Assembly: GCA_965197985.1 (NCBI GenBank)
Contig: CBDAOG010000005.1
Span: 531,404 to 595,403 of the forward strand
Reading direction: 5' to 3'
Origin: Dehalococcoidia bacterium
GTDB lineage: Bacteria; Chloroflexota; Dehalococcoidia; Lucifugimonadales; CAUZJF01
Length of the DNA: 64,000 nt
Part shown: piece after piece, positions 19,604 to 28,825 of the stretch
How positions within the stretch are numbered: position 1 is the first letter of the stretch
How the letters are laid out: each line of letters opens with the position of its first letter
Program-made: the position numbers and the translations under genes
Notes under the pieces: model-generated
What the model saw: the letters and a program-made list of their open reading frames with translations, nothing else
The model's database searches: none
Told to the model about the DNA's origin: nothing

Positions 19604-20674
19604 TTGCGTCGCCGGCGAGACCGGCATTACCATGTCTGGCAACACCTCGCGGAGACCGCCCAAGTGACGACGTCTAGCCTGGTAGAACCCAGGACCGTCC
19701 CAGCGACTATCAAGCCCATGCTCGCGCACCTGACGCGTGACCCCTTCGACTCGCCGAACCACATCTTCGAGCTCAAGTGGGACGGCATCCGGACGCTGGT
19801 GTTCATCGAAGACGGGAAAGTCCGCCTGCAAACCCGCACCCTCCGCGACGTGACGTCCCAGTTCCCCGAGCTGCACGAGCTGCCGAGGTCCGTCAAGGCC
19901 GACCAGGCCGTGCTCGACGGCGAGCTCGTCTGTTTCGACAAGGACGGGCAACCGAGCTTCCAGTTGATGTCCCGCCGCCTCCATCGTCAGGAGGCCGGAC
20001 AGACCGTCCGCCGCCCTCGCGCCCATTACGTCGCCTTCGACATCCTCTACGCCGACGGGCGGTCGGTGATGGACGAGCCGCTGATGTTCAGGAAGCAGCT
20101 CTTGCAGTACGTGCTCGACTCGTCCGACGTGGCGCAGCCGGGTGAGTACATCGAGAACGACGGCAAGGCATTCTACAAAGCGACGTGCGACCACTTCCTC
20201 GAAGGGATTATGGCCAAGGAGAAGTCGAGCGCCTACTACCCAGGCAAACGCAGCCCGAGCTGGCACAAAGTCAAACGGGTGAGGGAGTGCGAGTTCGTCG
20301 TCGGCGGCTACGCCTTCGGCGGTCAGCGCAAGGAGCTGTTCGGCTCGCTGCTGCTCGGCCTTTACGACAGGAACCAGCGACTGGTGTACGTGGGCCAAGC
20401 CGGCAATGGCTTCACCGCCGCCGAGGCCAAGCGTCTACATTCAGTGCTGCAGCCCCTCCATACGGACTTCAGCCCATTCGACAGCGAACCCCAGCTACAG
20501 AAGTTCGTCTTCTGGTGCCGGCCCGAGATCGTCTGCCGAGTCGAGTACGGGGAGTTCACGATGGACGGCAAGCTGCGCTACCCGGTGTACGTGACCCAAC
20601 GCGAGGACAAATCGCCATCCGAATGCAAGATCGACCACGCGCCCGGCTGGCCTAGTGCGCTGCCGGTCGGATAG
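19604..20674 (+). CDS. ligD: ATP-dependent DNA ligase (NHEJ LigD-type ligase domain only)
   Basis: Contains the adenylation motif ELKWDGIR, plus DGELV, GIMAKE, WHKVK and an OB-fold region. It lies next to ku. The start codon is uncertain because the ORF N-terminus may overlap the IS end. Confidence 0.8.
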   Translation: MRRRRDRHYHVWQHLAETAQVTTSSLVEPRTVPATIKPMLAHLTRDPFDSPNHIFELKWDGIRTLVFIEDGKVRLQTRTLRDVTSQFPELHELPRSVKADQAVLDGELVCFDKDGQPSFQLMSRRLHRQEAGQTVRRPRAHYVAFDILYADGRSVMDEPLMFRKQLLQYVLDSSDVAQPGEYIENDGKAFYKATCDHFLEGIMAKEKSSAYYPGKRSPSWHKVKRVRECEFVVGGYAFGGQRKELFGSLLLGLYDRNQRLVYVGQAGNGFTAAEAKRLHSVLQPLHTDFSPFDSEPQLQKFVFWCRPEIVCRVEYGEFTMDGKLRYPVYVTQREDKSPSECKIDHAPGWPSALPVG

Positions 20675-20813
20675 CAGTCAGTGAGCGGTCCGCGGTATGG
20701 CCGAACACAGTCGGGACAACCCCGAAACAGGTCCCGCGATCTCCTAGCGACATATATATCTCAGCGCCTAGAGTGTAATGACTTTCGCGTGATCAGTTCG
20801 AGGAGGCGAAGGC

Positions 20814-21665
20814 ATGCCCAGGACAATCTGGAAGGGCGCGGTCAGCTTCGGCATGGTCGCGATACCGATCAAGCTATATCCCGCAACGCAGAGCAAGGAC
20901 ATCGCGTTCGTAACGCTTCACAAGACCTGCAACACCCGTCTCAGACAGCGGCGCTACTGCGAGACCGACGAGGAGTACGTCGACTACGCTGAGGTCGTGC
21001 GGGGCTACGAGTACACGAAGGACCAGTACGTCCGCATGGAGCCGAACGACTTCGAGAGCCTGCCCTTACCATCCACTCGAAACATAGAGATCACCCGCTT
21101 CGTCAACCTGACCGACATCGACCCGGTCTTCTTCGACAAGAGCTACGTCCTGGAGCCGGAGATGGTCGGGCAGAAGCCCTTCGCTCTCCTGAAAGAGGCG
21201 CTCGAGAAGACGAACCGAATCGCGATCGCAAAGGTCTCTCTCCGCCAGAAGGAGCACCTGTGCAGCCTCCGGCCCTTCGACGGCGGGATCATCATGGCGA
21301 CGATGTACTACCCGGACGAGATACGTGGCTACCAAGAGCTTGACATGGCCGAAGAGAAGGATGCCGTCAGCGAGCAAGAGCTCACGATGGCGACCATGCT
21401 GATCGACCAGTTGACCGGAGATTTCGAGCCGGAGCTTTACCAGGACGAGTACCGCGGCGCCCTGGAGAAGGTGATCGAAGCGAAGCTCGGCGCACCGGAC
21501 GCCGTCGTCGCGGCGCCAGCGCCGATGCAACAGAAGGTCGGCGACCTGATGGAGGCGCTCCGCGCGAGCATCGAGTCGGCCAAATCAGCCACCAACGGCG
21601 ACACATCGGTGACTCAGGACGCCGCAGAAGCCGAGAAAGAGACGACGGCAACCACGCCCGGGTAG
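20814..21665 (+). CDS. ku: Ku DNA end-binding protein
   Basis: 283 aa starting MPRTIWKGAVSFGMVAIPIKLYPAT, followed by ...RGYEYTKDQYV...FFDKSYVLEPE, and ending in an acidic or basic C-terminal tail. Confidence 0.9.
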   Translation: MPRTIWKGAVSFGMVAIPIKLYPATQSKDIAFVTLHKTCNTRLRQRRYCETDEEYVDYAEVVRGYEYTKDQYVRMEPNDFESLPLPSTRNIEITRFVNLTDIDPVFFDKSYVLEPEMVGQKPFALLKEALEKTNRIAIAKVSLRQKEHLCSLRPFDGGIIMATMYYPDEIRGYQELDMAEEKDAVSEQELTMATMLIDQLTGDFEPELYQDEYRGALEKVIEAKLGAPDAVVAAPAPMQQKVGDLMEALRASIESAKSATNGDTSVTQDAAEAEKETTATTPG

Positions 21666-21707
21666 CGATCTGAGCGCGGCCTAGAAAGGCCGGCGGCGCA
21701 ACGGCAG

Positions 21708-23117
21708 CTACGCCGCCGTATTGGCCTCTTCGACTTCCATCTCGTCGGTCAGCTCCGGTAGGCGCCGGGAGGCACGCAGCTTGTCGAGCGCCTGGCGCTC
21801 CAACTGCCGAGTCCTCTCCCTCGTGACGCCCAGCTCGCGTCCAACCTCTTCGAGTGTCCTGGCCCGCTGATCGTGGAGCCCGAACCTCAGCTCGAGCAAG
21901 AGCGCCAACCTGGGCGGCAGCTCGCGTACGGCCTTCAGCACTCCCTCGCGGGTAAGCTGCCGTATCGCGACTTCCTCAGGGCCCCAGCCGGTTTTGTCCT
22001 CGATGAAGTCCTCAAGGGACGACTCCCCTTCTTTGCCGACCGGCAGGTCGAGGGAGATCGTGTGCTGTCTGCGCCGCTTCAGGTCCTCGATGTTTTCGAC
22101 AGTTATTTCTAGCTCGGTGCCCAGCTCCATCAAGGTCGGCTCTCTACCGAACCGCTTCACGAGGTCGCGTTCGGCGCTGTTGAGGCGCTGTACCCGCTCT
22201 ACGACGTGCACAGGGAGCCGAATGGCGCGGCTCTGGTCGGCCAGCGCTCTTGTCACCCCCTGGCGAATCCACCAGGTGGCGTAGGTGCTGAACTTGTAGC
22301 CCTTGTGGATGTCGAACTTCTCCGTGGCCCGCATCAGGCCCAGGTTGCCTTCCTGGATAAGGTCCAGCAGCGGAAGTCCCCTACCCGTGTACTTCTTGGC
22401 CACGCTCACAACGAGCCTCAGGTTTGCCTTGGTGAACTCGTCCGCCGCGTGCTGTCCTGCCCGTTCGACGTCGCGCCACCAGGCGTTGAGCGCGGGCTCG
22501 CGGTCGCGTAGCATTTCGATCTCAGTGTGCTGAGCCCTCGGCTCGCCGGTCCTGTCGAACTCACCCTCCAGCACGTCTAGCACGAGGGGAGGCAGCGCTC
22601 GGGACAGCCGCGAAAGCTCGGCCACGGCGGCAAGAGATTCTTCGGGCGTCTCTCTCAGTTTTTCCGCAACGCGGTCCTTGACCTCGACCGGCAGCGGCCC
22701 GTCGAGAACCTCGCGTATCTCAGTGGCGGAAAGCAGCTTTTCGAGCGTGTTTCCATCGGCGGACATACCGACGACGTCCGCGATGGCATCCAGGTACGGC
22801 CGATACTCCCGCAGCTTCCGCGTGAGCTCCACGCCCACCTCCGCGGCGCTCGGCCACCGACCCATGGACTCCTGCAGCTCCCCACGTACCGCCTTGACCT
22901 TCACCCACCCCTCTACGGCCAGGGCGAGCTGAATTTCCTCCGCGCGCGTCAGGAGCTGATGCTTGGCTGCGCCGCGCAGGTAGTCCTTGACCGCATCGGA
23001 GCCGTCGTCGGTCACCTCACGCTCCGCGCTTTCCACGGCCTCCCAGGCATCGCCAGCTCGGGTCATCGTGTTGGCCGGGTCCTGAGTCTGCTCTAGTACG
23101 TCTCGTTGTATGTTCAT
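21708..23117 (-). CDS. rpoD: RNA polymerase principal-type sigma-70 factor
   Basis: 469 aa. Regions 2-4 are recognisable: [56 protein letters not shown], ...IRLPVH... and [23 protein letters not shown]. Confidence 0.9.
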   Translation of the reverse strand: MNIQRDVLEQTQDPANTMTRAGDAWEAVESAEREVTDDGSDAVKDYLRGAAKHQLLTRAEEIQLALAVEGWVKVKAVRGELQESMGRWPSAAEVGVELTRKLREYRPYLDAIADVVGMSADGNTLEKLLSATEIREVLDGPLPVEVKDRVAEKLRETPEESLAAVAELSRLSRALPPLVLDVLEGEFDRTGEPRAQHTEIEMLRDREPALNAWWRDVERAGQHAADEFTKANLRLVVSVAKKYTGRGLPLLDLIQEGNLGLMRATEKFDIHKGYKFSTYATWWIRQGVTRALADQSRAIRLPVHVVERVQRLNSAERDLVKRFGREPTLMELGTELEITVENIEDLKRRRQHTISLDLPVGKEGESSLEDFIEDKTGWGPEEVAIRQLTREGVLKAVRELPPRLALLLELRFGLHDQRARTLEEVGRELGVTRERTRQLERQALDKLRASRRLPELTDEMEVEEANTAA

Positions 23118-23583
23118 TTCCTCGATTCCAACCAGTCCAATATTGGGGGCCCAAGGGCGTGACTCATGCGGACTCCCATCCGGTCGTATCAGAAAGCCGA
23201 CGCTTTGCCCCTTACCACTTACAACGTTACCAACCCGGAAAAGGATAGGCCTTCATGTGCAATGGCGGCGGAGTCTGTGTGTAACGACTTCCGTTTCCGG
23301 TTTCCATCACCCTCACAGTTGATTGCACTGCACCAAAGTCGGTTCCGCGTCAACGAACAAAAGACCGGCATGGAGAAAACGTGAAAACGCCGGTACACGC
23401 GTCGACGGTCAGCCTTTGTGTCCCTACTACGTGCTAGCTCACCAGTTAGATGCATCTAGGGACCAAATGGTTTTCGATTCGGGTTTCTACAGTCCGTTCG
23501 CCCCGTCCACAGGGTTCCACCTGTATTCTACGTAAATACCCTTGACCGCCCAGGTACGAACAGACCAATCTAGCGTGGTGCAT

Positions 23584-23755
23584 GGTTCGACAGGCTCACA
23601 AGTAACTGCTCGTTTTGAGGGCCTTGCGGGAGCGCCAGGGCAGGCACGGGGGCACTGCCCCTACGTATGCAGCAAAGCGAGTTGCTTTCATACGTTTCGT
23701 CCGCCTTCCGGATGTATGGTTGCTCACCATGAACGGGTTCGACAAAGCTCACCAC
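23584..23755. repeat. dispersed repeat units with core TTCGACARGCTCA
   Basis: Units are ggttcgacaggctcac (23584-23599) and gggttcgacaaagctcaccac (23735-23755). The same core recurs at 24612 and 26613-26786. Confidence 0.6.
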
Positions 23756-23950
23756 CGGGTTCGATAACCACTATGTGTGAAATTTGTGGAATTCTGTTGA
23801 TTCGCACCTAGCGAGCAGGCCAACGCCTACTTGAAGTCAATGGGGAAACCCGAATCAGTCCCCAGAAAGATATAATAGCACAACAGTTCGGCAGATTCCA
23901 CACTTTAAGGAGGCCAAGATAGGGTCTTTTCAAAGTCCCGGAATTCACGC

Positions 23951-24041
23951 GCTTCGTCATGCTGAGGCCTCGCGAAGCATCTGGCGTGGGAGAGAGACCC
24001 TGCCCCAGACCCTTCGGCCCAAGAGGCCTCAGGGTGACAAT
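23951..24041. repeat. dispersed repeat units (GCTGAGGCCTCGCGAAGCATC / CCTCAGGGTGAC type)
   Basis: Units are cttcgtcatgctgaggcctcgcgaagcatctgg and ggcctcagggtgacaatg. They are related in style to the 5709-5853 cluster. Confidence 0.45.
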
Positions 24042-24096
24042 GAAAAGAACCTAGGAGCCAAGGCCCTCCGGTTCGGTCGTGGTAGCTACCGCCGGG

Positions 24097-24545
24097 CTAC
24101 GGCCTCGGGTGGGGCCAGCCGTCGACCGCCGGGTCGTCGCTGAGACGCATCACGCCTCCGCTGTCCGGATTGACGTCCCAGATCTCGAAGTTGCGGCCTA
24201 TCCGGGCACCGATCACTATCCGGTCGCCTCTCGGGTCCCATTCGAAGGTGTGGCCGAAGGCGTGGCGGACGGTGGCACCGGCGACACCGTCGGCGTAGCC
24301 GTCACGCTGGCGACCACCGATGTGGCCGCTGGGGCGGGTCGCGTCACCGTCGGGACCGGCGTACGGGTTAGCTCGGGCGCCGGGGACTCGGCGGACGGCA
24401 AAGGTGAGACGGTCGCGGCGACACGAGTGCTGACCGGCTCCGCTTCCTCGCTTCCGCAGGCGGCCGCGGTCGCAACGACAAGCGCTGCCGAAACGAGCGT
24501 CGTCCGGAGGGCGGGGGTGAATGCATTGGGCACCTCGGTGCGCAT
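24097..24545 (-). pseudogene. possible lipoprotein with a single PD40/TolB-like propeller repeat; frames do not join
   Basis: ATG 24545 opens MRTEVPNAFTPALRTTLVSAALVVATAAACGSEE (lipobox AAAC), followed by a P/T/A linker ending at 24216. A second frame reads ...FEWDPRGDRIVIGARIGRNFEIWDVNPDSGGVMRLSDDPAVDGWPHPRP* to TAG 24099-24097. Confidence 0.3.
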
Positions 24546-24611
24546 CCTAGCACGCCTACCTCGTGGCCAGTTCGGGGCCTTGCACAAAAGTGTGTTGTTG
24601 GCTGCATTTGT

Positions 24612-24636
24612 CCTTCGACAGGCTCAGGACGAACGG
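24612..24636 (+). repeat. single TTCGACARGCTCA-type repeat unit
   Basis: Sequence is ccttcgacaggctcaggacgaacgg. Confidence 0.55.
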
Positions 24637-24802
24637 AGTGATGTGCGTGGGTCCTCGCGTTCCCGTCAAGTCGCAGGGCTCGCATCGCGAATTCTGGTGT
24701 AAGCCCGGTTCGGGAAAAAGACGCGGTGCGCCGCCGTCTGGTCTGTGGCACAATACCGCTCGTCTCAAACGACATCCCCACCATTCAAACGAGAGTATCA
24801 AC

Positions 24803-26599
24803 ATGAACCAGCAATACCCCACCTACACGGTCGGCCGCGAGCTCCCGGCATGGGTGCGGAAGGGCCATACGCAGTACCAGAACTACCACGCCGGCCCGTC
24901 GGAGGTGGCCAAGCTCGTCCTGACCCAGTTCTCGCTGGTCGGCCACACCGTAGAGGACCTCCTCTCCGCGGGCGGCGCTTTCGCCGGCGACGTCACACCG
25001 AGCACCATCTGGGACCGGACGAACAAGTACTCCGACGAGTTCCTAGACGAGATGCAGGCCCACGGCAAGACGCTGATCCAGGTGAATTGGAGCTGTGGTT
25101 TCTCCGTCGAAGGCGAGGCGGTCCAGAGGCGAATCTTGACCGACTTCGCGCGCAAGGCCCACGAGCGCGACATGCGTATCTGCGCCTACCTGTCGATCAC
25201 CAACATCTTCTGGAAAGAAGCCTTCGAAAAGGAGCCGTTCCTCAAGGAGTGGCTGGCGGTCTACAGCGACGGGAGTCCCCACCTGTACGGCAACAGCAAA
25301 GGCCGCTACCTCGCGTGCGTGAACCGCCAGGAGTGGATCGACTACATCAAGGCCAAGGTCAAGATGGTCATTGACGCCGGGCTCGACCACATCTATTTCG
25401 ACAACGTTTTTGCCGACTGCGCCTGCTCTCTATGCCACGCGGGGTTCGGTGACTTCACGGAGGGACTGGTCGGGCAACGTCACGAGCTTCCGGTGATCGC
25501 TCCCAGGGAAACCCGGGGCATCTACAGCGAACCCGACGACGAAGCCAAGCGCGCGATCAGTGAAGCGGAAGCGTACAGCCGGGAATACCTGCACAAGCAG
25601 TACATGGCCTACAGGCTCACCGAGGCGTTGAAGGATATCCGCGACTACGCCTTCACCCTCAAATCGCCGCTGCCGTTCTCGGCCAACAACCACCTCTACC
25701 CCTTCATCAACGACATCTGCAACGTGCTCTATTCCCAGGACACGAGGCTGCCCGGACCCGATTGGAACAACGTCGACCTTTTGCGGTATCTGGCCGCCGA
25801 CTCGGACGGTTGGAAGACAGTGGTGACGAACCACCCGGTCGAGGATGCCGACCCGCGGTTCTCGATGGCGGAAGCCATGGCGTTCCAAAGCTACCCGTAC
25901 GGGATCACGCACATGCCGTACAACCTCTTCTATCGCGACCATCCGGAACTGTTTACGGACGTCGAGCCGATGGCCAAAATCGGTGTCGTCATGGAGTGGC
26001 CGCGTCGCCGTCCGAACTATCTCGATCCGCTGGCTTACGGCAGCTTGATGTACGAGGCGATCGTGTTGCAGAAGTGGACGAAGGATCAGCTATCGAAGTA
26101 CGACGCGATTCTCCTGCCCGACCTGGAAGCGGTGAGCGACGAGCTGGTCGCCGCCCTGGAGGAGTACTCAGCCAACGGAGGGACGGTGATCGCGACCGGG
26201 ACCAGCACGCTATACGACGGCCTCGCCCGACCGCGTGAGCGGCCGCTCGAACGCGCCGAGGCGGAGGTGACACCAGACTCCCGCCTCGCCGACGACACCG
26301 TACGGAGCATACGCGAGGCCAGCGACCCCCAGCCAATCGAGGTCGAAGGACCATCCCGCGTGATCGCGAACCTCGTCCGGAAGAGCGACGAGTCGGCCCA
26401 CCTGGTACACGTCGTCAACTATGCCAACGCGCCGGCCGGTCCCGTCCGGGTGCGGGTCAACGTCCCCGGCGAGACGTTCACGCGGGCGACGCTGTTCTCG
26501 CCGGACCCCGACGCGGAGCAGCGGGACATCGAGCTGATGGACGGCGGGTCCTTCTCCCTCGACAATGTGGACGTCTATTCGATCGTCCGCCTAACGTGA
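24803..26599 (+). CDS. putative glycoside-hydrolase-like TIM-barrel protein with a C-terminal GATase1-like (GH42 trimerisation-type) domain
   Basis: ATG 24803 lies inside ORF 24563..26599; the upstream part of that ORF overlaps repeat units. Features are MNQQYPTYTV..., ...RICAYLSITNIFW..., ...GLDHIYFDNVF... and ...KYDAILLPDLEAVSDELVAALEEYSANGGTVIATG. No signal peptide. The family call is tentative. Confidence 0.45.
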   Translation: MNQQYPTYTVGRELPAWVRKGHTQYQNYHAGPSEVAKLVLTQFSLVGHTVEDLLSAGGAFAGDVTPSTIWDRTNKYSDEFLDEMQAHGKTLIQVNWSCGFSVEGEAVQRRILTDFARKAHERDMRICAYLSITNIFWKEAFEKEPFLKEWLAVYSDGSPHLYGNSKGRYLACVNRQEWIDYIKAKVKMVIDAGLDHIYFDNVFADCACSLCHAGFGDFTEGLVGQRHELPVIAPRETRGIYSEPDDEAKRAISEAEAYSREYLHKQYMAYRLTEALKDIRDYAFTLKSPLPFSANNHLYPFINDICNVLYSQDTRLPGPDWNNVDLLRYLAADSDGWKTVVTNHPVEDADPRFSMAEAMAFQSYPYGITHMPYNLFYRDHPELFTDVEPMAKIGVVMEWPRRRPNYLDPLAYGSLMYEAIVLQKWTKDQLSKYDAILLPDLEAVSDELVAALEEYSANGGTVIATGTSTLYDGLARPRERPLERAEAEVTPDSRLADDTVRSIREASDPQPIEVEGPSRVIANLVRKSDESAHLVHVVNYANAPAGPVRVRVNVPGETFTRATLFSPDPDAEQRDIELMDGGSFSLDNVDVYSIVRLT

Positions 26600-26612
26600 C
26601 GTGAACCCGGCG

Positions 26613-26786
26613 CCCTTCGACAAGCTCAGGGTGAGCGGAGTGAAGCGCGATCAGCGTGATCCTTCGACAGGTCCAAGGCGATCCTTCGACGGCGCTCAGG
26701 ATGAGCGGGAGCAAGGAGCCTGGGGTGTGCGGAATGCCGCTTGGGATAGGCCGAGGTTTTTCCGCTCGTGGTGAGCTTGTCGAACC
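26613..26786. repeat. cluster of at least 4 TTCGACARGCTCA-type repeat units in both orientations
   Basis: Units are cccttcgacaagctcagggtgagcgg (26613-), ccttcgacaggtccaaggcg, atccttcgacggcgctcaggatgagcggg (to 26710) and inverted gtgagcttgtcgaacc (26771-26786). Confidence 0.65.
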
Positions 26787-26834
26787 ATCAATTACCAAAC
26801 ACCTATACGGGGCCCCAGCGAAGTCGTACAGGAG

Positions 26835-28541
26835 ATGTCGTTGGCAATGACGCAGAATAAGGTAGCAACCTCAGACCTCGCGCCTAGCGACACCCGCCTG
26901 GCGAAGGACCCGCCGCCAGGACAAGACCTGAGGCTCTCGTACACGTCAAAGGTCGACGGCACCAAGCAACCCTACGCCGTCTACGTCCCAAGCGGTTACG
27001 ACGGAAGCACCGAGTGGCCGCTGATCGTCAACCTTCACGGTACATCGTCAGGCTTCGGTGAGGAGCATGTCGGCGAGACCTCGGTGGGCTATGGCCCCGA
27101 CCGCAACGCCCTGTACCTCTGGGCCGCTGAGAACCACGGCGCCATCCTCGCGACACCCTACGGCCGTGGCATCACCGAGTTCCGCGGCACAGGCGAGCAC
27201 GACGTGCTCAGTGTCCTCGAAGAGGTCAAGGAGCGCTACAACGTCGAAGAAGACCGCATCACACTGACCGGCTTGTCTATGGGAGGGACGGCCTCGTTCG
27301 AGATTGGCCTTCACCATCCGGGCCTCTTCTCGGCGGTCGCGCCGATGGCGCCGGCCAATAGCTTCCCATGGCTAGCGGCCAACGGACAGCACGTCCCGTT
27401 CTGGTGTATAGGCGGCGAGTTCGACAGGGACTTCGTCCACAACGGCGGCCTCGTCTGCGCCGAGAAAATGATCGAGTTGGGCCACCCCACCCGTCTTTCG
27501 GTGATGAAGACCCGCGAGCACTCGGACTTCGAGCCCGAAATGTTCGACGAAGTCGTCGAGTGGCTGTTGCAGCACAAGGTGGTGCGCCACCCGAAGGAGT
27601 ACTCGTTCACCGCTGACCTGCCGATGTACGGCCGGGCTTACTCGACGGCCATCGACGGCATTGCAAATCCGGGCATGGTCGCGACGATACACGCCCGATT
27701 GCTGAGCCCGTCGCGGGTCAGCCTCACGACCGAGAACGCCTCTGCAATAGCGGTCCTGCCGGCCCTTGAGTTGTTTGACCTCGAAGGCCCGATCGAGGTC
27801 GAGGTCGACGGCGTCTCCGCCTTCAGCGGGCTCGTGGCGCCCGACCAGGAGCTAAAGCTCGCCCTGGAGGAGGGCTCGTGGAAAGCGTCAGTCGCCCCCC
27901 GACGGCAGGAGTCGCTGACGGACTGGCGCGTCAACCCTGTGGCCGAGGCGCCAGAGGAGCTAACGATGGACGGCCTCGAATCGCCGCTGGCGAACTGGGT
28001 CACCGACGCGATGCGTGCGGCCACCGGCGCAGACCTAGCGATATACAACCGCCGGTACCACCGGGGCCGGCCCATTCACAAGAGCACGGTACACGAGGTT
28101 GAACTGCTGCAGTGCTTCAGCCCCGCGGCGCACTACTTGGTCGTCGCCGAGCTGACGGGCCGAGACGTCCTCGACATCGTGGAAGACAACATCGAGGTGC
28201 CGTACCACGTCGGACACTCCTACCCGATGACGGTCGAGCTGGGCGAGAACGAGTTCATGGTGCAGCCGTCGGGGTTCAGCTACGCCTTCGACCGGAGCCG
28301 CCCCGAGGGCCAACGCGTCGTTGAGCACGACCTCGACGAGGGACGCACCTACAAGGTCGTCATGGAGGGCCAGGTCCCCAGGCTGGCCCAGGTGTGGCGC
28401 CGCGCCACCCTCCGCATCGCCGGTAAGTACCCCATGGAGCACGAGCTCACCGACATCCCAAACCGCTGCGCCCTCTACGCCCACGCCGTCCGCACGGGAC
28501 GGATCGAGGCGGCGGTGGAAGGGCGGGTCCGGGAGCTATGA
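26835..28541 (+). CDS. alpha/beta-hydrolase (esterase/peptidase-type) fused to a 5'-nucleotidase-C-terminal-like domain
   Basis: ATG 26835 follows AGGAG. The N-terminal half has QPYAVYVPSGYDGSTEWPLIVNLHG and the nucleophile elbow GLSMGG. The C-terminal half has LANWVTDAMRAATGADLAIYNRRY..., ...LTGRDVLDIVE... and ...GFSYAFDRSRPEGQRV, a 5'-nucleotidase C-domain pattern. Confidence 0.6.
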   Translation: MSLAMTQNKVATSDLAPSDTRLAKDPPPGQDLRLSYTSKVDGTKQPYAVYVPSGYDGSTEWPLIVNLHGTSSGFGEEHVGETSVGYGPDRNALYLWAAENHGAILATPYGRGITEFRGTGEHDVLSVLEEVKERYNVEEDRITLTGLSMGGTASFEIGLHHPGLFSAVAPMAPANSFPWLAANGQHVPFWCIGGEFDRDFVHNGGLVCAEKMIELGHPTRLSVMKTREHSDFEPEMFDEVVEWLLQHKVVRHPKEYSFTADLPMYGRAYSTAIDGIANPGMVATIHARLLSPSRVSLTTENASAIAVLPALELFDLEGPIEVEVDGVSAFSGLVAPDQELKLALEEGSWKASVAPRRQESLTDWRVNPVAEAPEELTMDGLESPLANWVTDAMRAATGADLAIYNRRYHRGRPIHKSTVHEVELLQCFSPAAHYLVVAELTGRDVLDIVEDNIEVPYHVGHSYPMTVELGENEFMVQPSGFSYAFDRSRPEGQRVVEHDLDEGRTYKVVMEGQVPRLAQVWRRATLRIAGKYPMEHELTDIPNRCALYAHAVRTGRIEAAVEGRVREL

Positions 28542-28825
28542 ACCGGTCCCAAAAACATGGGACACGGTCCGTCTGCGTGCCAAGCAGGAGCACGGGCGGC
28601 CTTGGGCAGGGCTCGGGAACGGTACTGGAGTGTCCCTCTCGACGGGTGCAGACGGCTGGGCGCATCGGCGACGAAGAACGCCCCGGCCGTGCGGCCGGTC
28701 CGGAGCACGGATGTGTGAGTAATATCGACGAATCAGAGTCAGCACCGCCTTGTGACACCGTTCGCGCGCCAGGTGGACCCGGCCCTGTGCCTCTCCTCCG
28801 GGGATGACCAGAGACGGAAGGGACG

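Noticed and set aside
23470-23770. Possible tRNA genes suggested by three GGTTCGA T-loop-like strings
   Set aside because: The flanking bases do not form T-stems or acceptor stems. The strings are the cores of the TTCGACARGCTCA repeat family.
24079-24702. Plus-strand 207-aa ORF
   Set aside because: It is low-complexity and antisense to a lipoprotein-like leader and a PD40-like repeat. It also overlaps repeat units.
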